A DNA stretch of 64,000 nt from Candidatus Hydrogenedentota bacterium. GTDB lineage: Bacteria > Hydrogenedentota > Hydrogenedentia > Hydrogenedentales > SLHB01. Below, in pieces: positions 1 through 9,536 of this stretch. The notes under the pieces were generated by a model. It made no database searches. It saw nothing but the letters and a program-made list of their open reading frames with translations, and was not told where the DNA came from. The stretch lies in assembly GCA_963674865.2 (NCBI GenBank), contig CAXXYE010000011.1, forward strand, positions 160,001-224,000, in the 5' to 3' direction. Each line of letters opens with the position of its first letter. Within the stretch, counting starts at the first letter, position 1. The translations under genes and the position numbers were made by a program.

Positions 1-2
1 CC

Positions 3-2441
3 GGTTGCCCACACGGGTGGCCTGCCCGGCCTAGGGCGTCATTCATCGTAACGCCCACAGCCGGCGCGGTGCCCATGGATGTGGCTTTCACCGATACCTC
101 CAGCTCCGGTAGGTGCGCAATAACGGCTTGGGCCTGGGATTTTGGCGACGGTGAGACGAGTTCGACGCAGAGTCCTTCACACACTTACGCTGTCGCAGGA
201 ACCTACACGGTTTCCCTCACCGTTACCACCGCCCTCGGCAGAGACAGGGCCACTGCCACGGTTACTGCGCTGGACGTTTGGTATGTGACGGAGGGAGGCG
301 CTGGGGACGGCTCTTCTTGGGACGAAGCGTTTGGCACCATTCAAGAAGCCGTTGACGCCGCCAGTGCGGCCGGCGGGGGTGATGTCTGGGTGGCCGCCGG
401 AACCTACACGGCCCTTGACGGGGGTGTTGTTACTATGGCGGAAGACGTTCATCTCTACGGTGGCTTCGCCGGCACCGAGACGGCCCGCGATGAGCGTGAC
501 TGGGAAGCCAATGCAACCATTGTCGACGGCGAATGCGCCCATTGTTGCGTCATCGGTGCAAGCAATGCCACGCTCGACGCCTTTGTCGTCCAACACGGCT
601 CTCATTCCAACGGCAACGGCGGTGGGATGTCGAACTATGAGGGCATCTCGCCGACGGTGGCCCATTGCACGTTCCAGAGGAACACGGCCAAGTCCGGAGG
701 GGGGATGTACAATGGCATGTACTCCTCACCGACGGTGGTTGGCTGTACCTTCTCCGGAAACACGGCTGATGACGGCTACGACGGCGACGGGGGTGGCATG
801 TTCAGTGATGATCTCTCGTCGCCGACTTTGAGGGAGTGTGTATTCAGCGAGAACTTGGCCACGGGCGACGGTGGCGGTATGTACGCCGCTGGTGCGCCGA
901 TGTTGTCCAACTGCGTCTTCAGTGAGAACCTGGCTCAGGACCAGGGGGGCAGCGTGTACGTCCCTGCCGAAAGCTCGCCGACGCTGCTCAACTGCACGTT
1001 GAGAGGGAATTCGGCGGGAATCGGCGGCCAGGGAGCGTATAGCGCCGGTTCGCTGACGGTGACCAACTGCATCTTCTGGGGCAATTCAGGCATCGCCTGC
1101 AGCGATGAGATCTGGGATGCCGGTTCCGCGGCGGTGGTGACCTACTCCTGCATCCAGGGGGGCTACGACGGCGAGGGCAACATAGCAAGCGATCCTCTGG
1201 TGACGGATACGGACGGCGACGGGATCTCCGATGGCGACGAAGTGGCGCGGGGGTGGCACCCGGCGCTCGTGTCGGGCATACGGCGCGTGGATGTCGCGAA
1301 CACATCGAGCACGCAGGACGGCCTGTCCTGGGCAACTGCGTTCACGTCGATTCAGGAGGCGATTGACGACGCTGACGCACTCGGCGAGTGCGAGGTATGG
1401 GTGGCCGCTGGTACGTACACATCCCTCGACGGGTGTGTCGTTACCATGGCCGAGAACGTCCATCTCTACGGAGGCTTCGCCGGCACGGAGCAGGCCCGCG
1501 ATGCGCGCGACTGGGAGGCCAACGCGACGATTATCGACGGTGAATTCACCTGTTGCTGCGTCATCGGCGCAGACGATGCAACGCTCGATGGATTTGTCAT
1601 CCAACGTGGAGCCGGCGGGATGCTCAACAGGTACGGCTCCTCACCCACGGTGGCCAATTGTACCTTCAGCGACAACAGAAGAAACTTCGGCGGCGGGATG
1701 TACAACTGGAGAGGCTCCTCGCCGACGGTGATCAATTGCATCTTCAGCGATAATGTGGCCACCTACGGCGAAGGCGGGGCGATGAACAACGAGTTCGGAT
1801 CCTCACCGACAGTGACGAACTGCACGTTTACGGGCAATAGCGCCAACCACGGTGAGGGCGGCGGCGCGATTTTCAGCGGCGATTCCTCGCCCGCTGTGAC
1901 GGGCTGCGCGTTCTTCGGGAACACGGCCGACTACGGCGGCGCGATATCTAGTTGGAAGAGTTCGGCGACGTTCACCAACTGTGTCTTTGCCGGGAACAAC
2001 GCTGATGAAGGTGGGGCGATGCGGAATTACTGGAGTCCCTCGCTTACCTTGATCAACTGCACGTTCTTTGGAAACAAGGCCGCTTACGGCGGAGCGATAC
2101 GGCATTTCGTCAGTGGCTCTCCGGTAGTGACCAACTGCATCCTCTGGGGCGATTCCGCGGCCATCAGGGGCGCCGAAATCGACAATGACAATTATCCCTC
2201 GCCTCCCTGCACGCCGCTCATAACTCATTCGTGCGTACAGGGAGGATACGAAGGTGAGGGCAACATCGCGGATGGTCCGCTCTTTGTGGATGCTGCCAAC
2301 GGCGACTACAGCCTCCAGTCCGGTTCCCCGTGCATTGATACCGGCACGCCCGACGAAGCGCCGGATACCGACATCCTTGGCGTCGCACGCCCGCAGGGCA
2401 GCGGCTACGACATGGGCGCGTATGAGTACGCCGGAAGATAG
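3..2441 (+). CDS. Secreted/surface protein (5'-partial): PKD domain, two right-handed beta-helix modules, DxDGDG Ca-binding repeat, choice-of-anchor Q-like end
   Basis: The frame is open from base 3 (GCPHGWPARPRASF...), so the gene starts off-window. Motifs: WAWDFGDG..PSHTY (PKD), repeated GGGMYN..SSPTV.NCTF..N, DTDGDGISDGDE, LQSGSPCIDTG...DMGAYE. Confidence 0.85.
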   Translation, partial: GCPHGWPARPRASFIVTPTAGAVPMDVAFTDTSSSGRCAITAWAWDFGDGETSSTQSPSHTYAVAGTYTVSLTVTTALGRDRATATVTALDVWYVTEGGAGDGSSWDEAFGTIQEAVDAASAAGGGDVWVAAGTYTALDGGVVTMAEDVHLYGGFAGTETARDERDWEANATIVDGECAHCCVIGASNATLDAFVVQHGSHSNGNGGGMSNYEGISPTVAHCTFQRNTAKSGGGMYNGMYSSPTVVGCTFSGNTADDGYDGDGGGMFSDDLSSPTLRECVFSENLATGDGGGMYAAGAPMLSNCVFSENLAQDQGGSVYVPAESSPTLLNCTLRGNSAGIGGQGAYSAGSLTVTNCIFWGNSGIACSDEIWDAGSAAVVTYSCIQGGYDGEGNIASDPLVTDTDGDGISDGDEVARGWHPALVSGIRRVDVANTSSTQDGLSWATAFTSIQEAIDDADALGECEVWVAAGTYTSLDGCVVTMAENVHLYGGFAGTEQARDARDWEANATIIDGEFTCCCVIGADDATLDGFVIQRGAGGMLNRYGSSPTVANCTFSDNRRNFGGGMYNWRGSSPTVINCIFSDNVATYGEGGAMNNEFGSSPTVTNCTFTGNSANHGEGGGAIFSGDSSPAVTGCAFFGNTADYGGAISSWKSSATFTNCVFAGNNADEGGAMRNYWSPSLTLINCTFFGNKAAYGGAIRHFVSGSPVVTNCILWGDSAAIRGAEIDNDNYPSPPCTPLITHSCVQGGYEGEGNIADGPLFVDAANGDYSLQSGSPCIDTGTPDEAPDTDILGVARPQGSGYDMGAYEYAGR

Positions 2442-2576
2442 AGAGGATTCCCGGCGGGGAGCGGCTGGTTGAGCCGCGGCCGCTAAGGTGCTGACCTGCG
2501 GCGCCTTCGCATGCGGCGCTATGGCGACTCCGACAGTGGGAACGTGACGGAAGAATGGCGTCGGCCGGGCCGCGTG

Positions 2577-2585
2577 TGGCATAAT
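2577..2585 (+). promoter_or_regulatory. Candidate extended -10 element (TGgCATAAT) upstream of tmRNA
   Basis: tggcataat lies about 50 nt upstream of the mature tmRNA 5' end. Confidence 0.4.
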
Positions 2586-2635
2586 ACTCAATGTAGCCTA
2601 CGCTTTCACCCAGTTACCCTACCGGCCGACCCCGT

Positions 2636-2990
2636 GGGGGCGACAAGGTTTCGACGGGGGTGATGGAGCGTGAGTTGCGTGCCGAGGACCCCGGTGGCCT
2701 CGTAAAAAACCGGGAAAAACATAACTGCCAATCAACCATTGGCAATGGCGGCCTAACTTAGGCTACCCGTCTTACCTCTGATTGCCTGCTAGGGGGATAA
2801 GGCGCCGACAGCGGGCCTCGACGTTGGAGCGCGACGGAGACTCCCTCGAAGAGTACCGACTCCGCCTAGCGGCCTGAAATAGCGAGCCCGACGCGATTCC
2901 AGGCGGCGAATCCTAAAGGACGGGCTACGCACGTAGATGCTCACGTAACCACGCTTCCGGACGCGGGTTCGATTCCCGCCGCCTCCACCA
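2636..2990 (+). ncRNA. ssrA: tmRNA
   Basis: 5' end GGGGGCGACAAGGTTTCGAC; 3' end GCGGGTTCGATTCCCGCCGCCTCCACCA. The tag frame after ATAACT (2727-2756) encodes ANQPLAMAA*. Confidence 0.97.
2968..2990 (+). repeat. att core copy 1 (tmRNA 3' end)
   Basis: TTCGATTCCCGCCGCCTCCACCA, repeated at 9537 and 15404. Confidence 0.9.
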
Positions 2991-3081
2991 TAGTTAACCA
3001 GTATAGTGTCTACAAAAGAGCCAAGCGGGCTTGGCTGAAAGCGGCGTCGTTGCACATCCCATCGAGGCGCCCTTTTCAGCA

Positions 3082-3102
3082 CGGGAGCAAAACGGGAGCA
3101 TT
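3082..3102 (+). repeat. Putative integrase arm-type site (tandem CGGGAGCA)
   Basis: CGGGAGCAAAACGGGAGCATT is identical at 9385-9405; a single unit occurs at 15472. Confidence 0.65.
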
Positions 3103-3661
3103 CCAGGCGACGGCGCCATGCGTGTTCGCGCCGAACATTTTTCGCCGTGCCGTCCGTTTCCAAGCATATTCCTGACAATTCCGGTCGGCCAGGCGCTTTC
3201 CCCCGCCATCCCTCAACTTCCGTCTCCCCTAATCCCTTGCTGTTCTTGATCTTACATTTGTGCGTCCGGCGAGGGGTGATAGCCCGGGTCAGCCAGCACG
3301 GTTTGGAGAGCGAAGCGTTGGCCTTACCGGGCGACGGGCCGGAATCCACAATCGCGTAGCTGCATGTCGCACGTCTTGCTGATTCCCGCGTCCCCTGGTC
3401 TCGACTAGAGACACGGCCCTACGATGTAGTTCGTCAACGCGGCAATCAGTGGGAATCGTGTCGGCGCAGGAATGGCTCCACTGATTCGGCGATCTACCGG
3501 AAGGAACGATATTCCCCCGCCGTTGCTTGCTTCCGCGCATTTGGATTGAGCCGCGATTCGTGTGCGATAATTGTTGCGCATGGGAGATCATGCGCGGTGC
3601 GCGAAACCGTCCAGAACCAGTGGCGAGCCCCTGGGTACCGTGAGAGACAGGAGGAAGCCGA

Positions 3662-3934
3662 GTGCCAACGATTTCAGTGTTCTACGGCATTCTGATCCGG
3701 ATGTTCTTTCATGACACGGACAAGCATCATCTGCCGCACATTCATGCGGATTACCAGGGAGAGGTCGCCGTGTATTCGATCGAGGATGGCAGCGTGCTGG
3801 CAGGCAACCTGCCGCCGCAGAAGCACAAGCTGGTTGTTGCCTGGATCGAGATACACAAGGAAGACTTGATGGCGGATTGGGAACTGGCCGTGAACGGCCA
3901 GAATCCGTTGCCCATCCGAGGACTGGATCAATGA
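3662..3934 (+). CDS. DUF4160 family protein (putative toxin-antitoxin component)
   Basis: MPTISVFYGILIRMFF...HHLPHIHA; ATGA overlap with the next gene. Confidence 0.85.
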   Translation: MPTISVFYGILIRMFFHDTDKHHLPHIHADYQGEVAVYSIEDGSVLAGNLPPQKHKLVVAWIEIHKEDLMADWELAVNGQNPLPIRGLDQ

Positions 3935-4167
3935 AGATAGCAGAAGTCACATCGCGGGAAGACGGCACCCTGCACGTGCTCGCCGAAGACGGGCGTGTCG
4001 GGACCTTTGATGTTCGTCCCTATCTGGAATCGCCTGCCTTCTTGCCATTGAAGGACTGGGCTGAGTTCTCTCAGGTTCGCAATGGCGGCTACTATGTCGA
4101 ATGGCGCTGCGGGGCCGATCTGTCCGCCGATACGATCGAGGCGCGTTGGCAAGAAAGTGCCGCGTAA
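3931..4167 (+). CDS. DUF2442 family protein (partner of DUF4160)
   Basis: MKIAEV...FDVRPYL...VEWRCGADLSADTI; translationally coupled to the DUF4160 gene. Confidence 0.85.
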   Translation: MKIAEVTSREDGTLHVLAEDGRVGTFDVRPYLESPAFLPLKDWAEFSQVRNGGYYVEWRCGADLSADTIEARWQESAA

Positions 4168-4379
4168 GACCTCGAGAGCCCCCGGCTCTTGACAATCGCA
4201 GGTAGGAGGGTGTGGGCTGCGCCATCGGCCGCCAGATGGCACTTCCCGAGGCCAAGTCGGATTCCCTGCGTATCGATTGGCCCGGCGTGACAGCGGGAGT
4301 AAGCACCAACCTGTCAGCAAGGTTAGCTGTTGATGCGGATTGACCTACTGCTGTTTGCTCCGGTCTGACGCTTGTGGCT

Positions 4380-5279
4380 CTACTCCCGTGTGCCCTTCCT
4401 CATCCGTTCCGGCCTCGTTTCCGCTCGCCGCACTTTCTTGAAAGGCCAGCATTCGATGGGGATGCGCTCAAGGTCATCTACGGGGATTGGGACAAGCATG
4501 ATGTCGTCAGCATTACCGGGGTCCCGCTCGCAAGCGCATCCGCGGGGATTGCCGCGATACGTGTCGAGAAGCACGATCACGGAACGCCCTACGTCCTTTT
4601 GAAGTCCCCTTAGAGAATCCATCCGTGTTCCGGCTGTAACCGGAGGCGTGACCACGCGGAAATACAGCGTCCCCGGGCCATCGACAGCGCATAGCATTGT
4701 CTGAGCAGGTCCGACATGATTCGGCTGTGTCGGCAAAGGCTTCTCGTCGAACAGGAAAACCCGGACCCTGCATTTTCGGGCGAGTCGCTTGATTTGGGGC
4801 AGATCGCGCAGATACCACAGGGCCAGCTGCGATGTCTCTTCGTCGTAGCTGGCGTTCGCATCCGTTTGGGGTTGCGGTCCGATGAAACCCCATTGCCGCA
4901 TCCACAAGGATACGGTCATCGCCGTGACCGAAAGGCCGAAGTCTCGAAGCAACAACGCGCGAATTGCCTGATTGCTCCACAGCTCTGTGCCAAACGCCCT
5001 TTCCTTGGGCGTGCAGCTGCAGACCGCGTCGAAGAGCCGCCGCTTCTCCGTGTCCGTGAGCAGGCCCGTTCCGAATGGTCTCCCACGGGGTTGCGAGGAA
5101 AGCGCTTGGGCGCCGCCCGAGCGATAGGCCCGCATCCACCTGGCCACCGCCGAGCGGGAAACAGCAAGCTCACGGGCAGTTTCCGTCTGCGGTTTGCCAC
5201 TCCTGACAAGAAGCACAGCCTTCTTGCGGAGCAGCGCTTGCTCACGTCGGCTGAGCTTTCGTGCATCTCCTCTCTTCAC
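4380..5279 (-). CDS. IS630-transposase-derived HTH/winged-helix protein, copy 1 (shortened DDE domain)
   Basis: DARKLS..Q..LR..AV, TARELAVSRSAVARW, LW....I..L....FG...TVSLWMRQWGF, FDE, VLLD, IPIECW. No paired terminal inverted repeats were found. Confidence 0.75.
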   Translation of the reverse strand: MKRGDARKLSRREQALLRKKAVLLVRSGKPQTETARELAVSRSAVARWMRAYRSGGAQALSSQPRGRPFGTGLLTDTEKRRLFDAVCSCTPKERAFGTELWSNQAIRALLLRDFGLSVTAMTVSLWMRQWGFIGPQPQTDANASYDEETSQLALWYLRDLPQIKRLARKCRVRVFLFDEKPLPTQPNHVGPAQTMLCAVDGPGTLYFRVVTPPVTAGTRMDSLRGLQKDVGRSVIVLLDTYRGNPRGCACERDPGNADDIMLVPIPVDDLERIPIECWPFKKVRRAETRPERMRKGTRE

Positions 5280-5285
5280 GAACCC

Positions 5286-5332
5286 AGCATAGCGTACTGA
5301 CTTGCAGCATGTCTACTATATAATTTTGCATC
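5286..5332. promoter_or_regulatory. Divergent promoter region with a 25-bp conserved block, copy 1
   Basis: CATGTCTACTATATAATTTTGCATC (5308-5332) is identical to 16569-16593. Minus strand reads TAGACA-18-TATGCT; plus strand has TATAAT at 5319. Confidence 0.7.
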
Positions 5333-6330
5333 TCGCCATTGCTTGTGTGCCTTGGTCTCCCTAAGCCCTTACGTTGAAGTCGCTTGTGGCGTTCCAGGGA
5401 GACGGACGAAGCTATGTTGTAGAGACACACGGCGCATGCGGGCAATGACATTCTGGCCTGGAAGGGAGAAGACACGTGAGGGAAGCGACACGGAATCGCC
5501 TTAGGATCACACACGTGAATCCAAGGGCACTCAAACCTTGGGAAGAGAATCCGCGACTCAACGACGAGGCGGTTGAACCCGTTGCGCGGAGCATCAAGCG
5601 GTTCGGCTTCAACGTCCCCATCGTCTGTGACACAGAGCTTCGAATCATAGCTGGGCACACCCGCTGGCTGGCAGCCCAAAGGCTGCAACTCAAGACCGTG
5701 CCCGTTGTGCGGCTGGAGATTGAGAATTCGGATGCGATCGCATTTTCCATTGCGGACAACCGGTTGTCGCAGATCGCCGAATGGGATCACGACAGCCTTC
5801 GCAGAGTGCTGGAAGCCCTGCGGGACGAAGACATCGCACTCTCAGATCTTGGCTTTTCTGAACTTGACTTGCGTCGCATATTTCAGGATCTTCGGGAAGA
5901 CGAATTGCCGGAATCCTGCGCACCTGAGGTCGCGGAGATGCAGCTCGGGGACAGAAGTCTCTTGGGACGGCATACGCTTTACTGCGCGAACTCGTGCAGA
6001 CAGAACGCGGCGGTGGACTCGATTGAAGCAGAGACCATTTCTCTCTGCTTTGCCGGGCCTCCGTGCTTCAACCAGCGTGGTCTTGGCCAGTGGGAGAGTA
6101 TTCTGGATTATAATGCAGACATGATGGAGGTCATGAAGACAATCTCAAGAAGCCTGAAACAAGGGGGCATTTGCGTCTGGCACGTCGGCAACGACAGCAG
6201 TAATCATTGCGATCTCATGGGAACGCACTCGGGACTCCTGGAAAAGGCCGGTCTCCAGTATCTGGACACATTGATTTGGGCCAAGAGTACACCCAATTAC
6301 GGAACGAAGCGAAGCAGGCATATTCAAACA

Positions 6331-7561
6331 CTAAGTGATCCCCAGTTTTGCGATAGGTGCATGAATAAGGGCCAAACACGAGTTTCCGACCTGTATACTG
6401 GCGAAAGTCGACCAAAACCGTCGTCAGCAGGAGGATTTTTCATGTTTGGCCCGAGCAAGATTATGAAGTGGTTCGACCGGAATCTGCAAGAGGTGCGACG
6501 GTCGCGACGCAAGACGCTGGCCCATATCGCGGCAGGAGCCATGAAGATGAAAGGGGTCGGCGTGTTGGCGTTGGGACGCGCCATGGATGGCCCGGCACTC
6601 GCAAAGCACCGTATTAAAAGGGTGGATCGCTTCTTAGGCAATGAGCAGGTGGAAGCCTTCGCCATTGCCAAGGCGTTGTTCAACATCCTGCGAGGCCAAG
6701 ACCGACGGCCCTTGGTCCTGGTCGATTGGACGGATCGCGGTGCCTTCGAACAACTGGTTCTCTCCATTCCCCAAGACGGCCGCTCTATGCCGTTCCACGC
6801 CATCTCCATCGATTCGACCAAATTCGGGACGGAAAGTGAAGGGGCTCTCATCCAAGCTGAACGAGAGATTCTGCGAGACCTGCACGCCATGTGTCCGCCC
6901 GGCGTGACTCCGATTATCGTGGCCGACCGGGGCTTCGGAAACGAGCGCTGGATACGCGATGTCACAAACTGGGGATGGTGCTTTGTGCAGCGTCTGTCCA
7001 AGAATCATTGGGTCGAAACCGAGCACCACATCGGCACCCTCCCCGAACTGGGGATACGGCGAGGCTATCGCCCCAAAGACTGGGGCTGGGGCACGATGGG
7101 AGAAAAGGACGCCGACAACAAGACGCCCTTTCGGCTGGTCACCGTCTTCGGTTGGGAGGCCGACGAGCCGTGGTATCTCATTACAAACATTGAAGATCGC
7201 GAGGCCCGGGCCATCACATCCATCTACGCGAAGCGCTGGTGGACTGAAATGATGTTTCGAGATCTGAAGAACCGCAAATGGGGGCTCGGCATGGACGAAG
7301 TGAAACTCACCTCCCGCCAGCGCACCGCTGTGCACTTCATCATCGTCATGCTTGCCTTCATTCTTCTGTGCGCCTTCGGCGCCTTCGCCGAAACCAAAGA
7401 CTTCGGCGAACAACTCAAAGCAAACACCGCCGAGAACAGAGCCCTCTCCCTCGCCGCCACAGGAAACCACTTCATCGAATTCATCGGACGAACCACCGTT
7501 GCTATGGCCATCGCTAGATTGGTCTACGCACCTACATAGAACCAAACTGGGGAGTACTCAG
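6331..7561 (+). mobile_element. IS4-family insertion sequence, 1231 bp, 9-bp TSD
   Basis: Imperfect inverted repeats CTAAGTGATCCCCAGTTT / AAACTGGGGAGTACTCAG; TSD ATTCAAACA at 6322-6330 and 7562-7570. Confidence 0.92.
6442..7539 (+). CDS. IS4-family DDE transposase
   Basis: AGGAGG RBS; VDWT, ADRGF and YAKRWWTEMMFRDLK (YREK signature). Confidence 0.9.
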   Translation: MFGPSKIMKWFDRNLQEVRRSRRKTLAHIAAGAMKMKGVGVLALGRAMDGPALAKHRIKRVDRFLGNEQVEAFAIAKALFNILRGQDRRPLVLVDWTDRGAFEQLVLSIPQDGRSMPFHAISIDSTKFGTESEGALIQAEREILRDLHAMCPPGVTPIIVADRGFGNERWIRDVTNWGWCFVQRLSKNHWVETEHHIGTLPELGIRRGYRPKDWGWGTMGEKDADNKTPFRLVTVFGWEADEPWYLITNIEDREARAITSIYAKRWWTEMMFRDLKNRKWGLGMDEVKLTSRQRTAVHFIIVMLAFILLCAFGAFAETKDFGEQLKANTAENRALSLAATGNHFIEFIGRTTVAMAIARLVYAPT

Positions 7562-7937
7562 ATTCAAACAAGCCGACACTACTACCCCGCCTTTCAGTGG
7601 GAGGGGCTGCTCGTGTATCAGAAGCCCGGCCCGATGCCCAAGATGGCCAAAGAGGCAGCAGACTACATGATGGATTATCACACAAATCTGTGGGAGATTC
7701 CGACGTTGACCAACCAAGCTCGTTCCTTGGGGCATCCAGCGGCTTGCCCTGTTGAGCTTGTCTACCGATGTATACTGGCTTACTCACGCCCGGGGGACCG
7801 GGTCTTGGATCCCTTTGGTGGTTCAGGAACAACGCTGGTTGCAGCAGAGAAGGCGGGGCGAACGTCGGTACTCATCGAGGTGAACCCGGCGTTCTGCGAC
7901 GCGATAATCCACCGCTGGAAGAAGTTGTTCGCGAAAA

Positions 7938-8924
7938 ATGAGTGAGGCCTACGCGGAGATGATAATTGAACATGTGCATCGCAAGTCCGCGGTCCTGACT
8001 CCGTCGGACCTCCCATGCTTGAAGGGTGTGTGCAGTGTAAACATCAGCTCAGGCTGCGCTCACGGGTGCGTCTACTGCTACTCGAGGTCGTACAGCCAGG
8101 CGCCGCCAGAAGGAACGGTTCGTTTCTATGTAAATGCACTGGAAAAGACGAAGGCCGAATGGCCGCGGAAACGGAAGAAGCCGGAACGCGTCTACTTCTG
8201 TCCTTCCTCCGACCTGTTTCAACCCGTGCCGGAAATCCTTGCCGCGGCGTACGAGATGCTGGCCTTCATTCTGGAGCAGGGCGCGCGGGTGGCCATTACC
8301 ACGAAGGGCCGGATCCCCGAACGACATCTGGCGCTACTGTCTGAAAACGCAGATCGTGTTCATGTGCAGGTGGGGCTTATTACACACCGGGACGATGTTA
8401 GCGCGGTACTCGAGCCACATGCTGCGTCGGTTTCTGCGCGCATAGCACAGGCGAAGCGGCTGCGGGAAGCGGGTGTGGCGGTCAAACTGCGTATTGCACC
8501 GATCCTGCCCGGCGTCACCGATGACGATGAGAGCTTGTCTGCCTTGTGCGAAATCGCTACGCGATGCGGGATAACGGATGTCATCATCAACGCGCTGCAT
8601 CTGCGGCCGGTGATCCGGCGTTCGCTCGAGCGCAAGCTGCCGCCGGAAATGCTTCACCGGCTCTTGGCGCGGTATGAGAACGCCGAACCGTTGCGTGTCT
8701 TCGGGCGCTACAGTCAAACGCCACTACCGGCGGGCGAACGAATAGCGCTTTTCAAGCGCGCAAAGCGAATCGCTGAAGAACATGGACTTCGGGCACATGT
8801 GTGCGGGTGCATGAATCCGGACATCAGCAAGGAGCGCTGTTTCCTCGCAGGCGAGGAACGACCTGCCGCGCGCGAAGAAGCAACGCAGATGACTCTGTTC
8901 AACGAGTCGGGGGAGGACGTATGA
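7938..8924 (+). CDS. Radical SAM protein, SPL/Rv2578c-like
   Basis: GCAHGCVYCY (CxxxCxxC); overlaps the methyltransferase stop codon; C-terminal QMTLF. Confidence 0.9.
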   Translation: MSEAYAEMIIEHVHRKSAVLTPSDLPCLKGVCSVNISSGCAHGCVYCYSRSYSQAPPEGTVRFYVNALEKTKAEWPRKRKKPERVYFCPSSDLFQPVPEILAAAYEMLAFILEQGARVAITTKGRIPERHLALLSENADRVHVQVGLITHRDDVSAVLEPHAASVSARIAQAKRLREAGVAVKLRIAPILPGVTDDDESLSALCEIATRCGITDVIINALHLRPVIRRSLERKLPPEMLHRLLARYENAEPLRVFGRYSQTPLPAGERIALFKRAKRIAEEHGLRAHVCGCMNPDISKERCFLAGEERPAAREEATQMTLFNESGEDV

Positions 8925-9316
8925 GGAAGGACAAATGGTTGGAGACCCTTGAGCAATTCAAGAGTGATGAGCGGCCGGAATGCGTCTTGCTCGTCTCCGG
9001 AAGCCCGTCGCTCATCCGGATCGTTGTGGCCTGGATGGGCATGCCGGTTGAGCGCCGAAGGCGCTTGACCGTTCAGCCGGAAGACAGGGAGCAACAATGG
9101 GAGTGGCTCTGGCAGAACACCGTGTACTCACCGGAGAGATTTGTGGGGCGTCTGCCGTTCTCCGACAAAGACGTCGAGCAGAAACTGCGCGGATTGATTG
9201 CGAATAAGGTGCTGTATCCCGATGGAACGGTTAACGGCTATGTTGAGCGTTTTCTTCGGGCTCGAATTGTGAAGAGCCTTTCGAGCGCGGGGCATCGGCT
9301 TCGCAAGGCCGGTTGA
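8921..9316 (+). CDS. Hypothetical protein (131 aa) coupled to the radical SAM gene
   Basis: GGAGG RBS and ATGA overlap; MRKDKWLETLEQF...LIANKVLYPDGTVN. Confidence 0.75.
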   Translation: MRKDKWLETLEQFKSDERPECVLLVSGSPSLIRIVVAWMGMPVERRRRLTVQPEDREQQWEWLWQNTVYSPERFVGRLPFSDKDVEQKLRGLIANKVLYPDGTVNGYVERFLRARIVKSLSSAGHRLRKAG

Positions 9317-9384
9317 GCGCAGTGGCTACGGGTCAATTGCAGCGGACTTGAAGCACGTTGAGGCAGCAGAGCGTTGCGTTCGCG

Positions 9385-9405
9385 CGGGAGCAAAACGGGA
9401 GCATT
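9385..9405 (+). repeat. Putative arm-type site at the right end of island A
   Basis: Identical to 3082-3102. Confidence 0.65.
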
Positions 9406-9536
9406 TTGAGACAATAACGTGCGCAAGTGTGATAAGTCGTGATAAAACCTGAGACTCACGGAAGTTCTTACAAAACAGCGTCTTAGGCCGTATCTCATAG
9501 CTTGTCAAGGGGTTACGAAAACACCCCTTCCCCGGC

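Larger units (their letters stand above)
5476..7945 (+). pseudogene. ParB-N/DNA methyltransferase (beta-class motif order), copy 1, split by an IS4-family element; reconstructs as 5476-6330 + 7571-7945 (409 aa)
   Basis: LKPWEENPR...FGFNVPI...IIAGHTR (ParB), FAGPPCFN, GHPAACPVE, LDPFGGSGTT. Removing the IS and one TSD copy restores the frame. Confidence 0.9.

Noticed and set aside
2789..3349. 186-aa minus-strand ORF
   Set aside because: Antisense to the tmRNA and att region; no recognisable protein features.
5476..7539. Natural ParB-methyltransferase-transposase multidomain gene
   Set aside because: Inverted repeats and a 9-bp TSD show an IS insertion; the methyltransferase C-terminus resumes at 7571.
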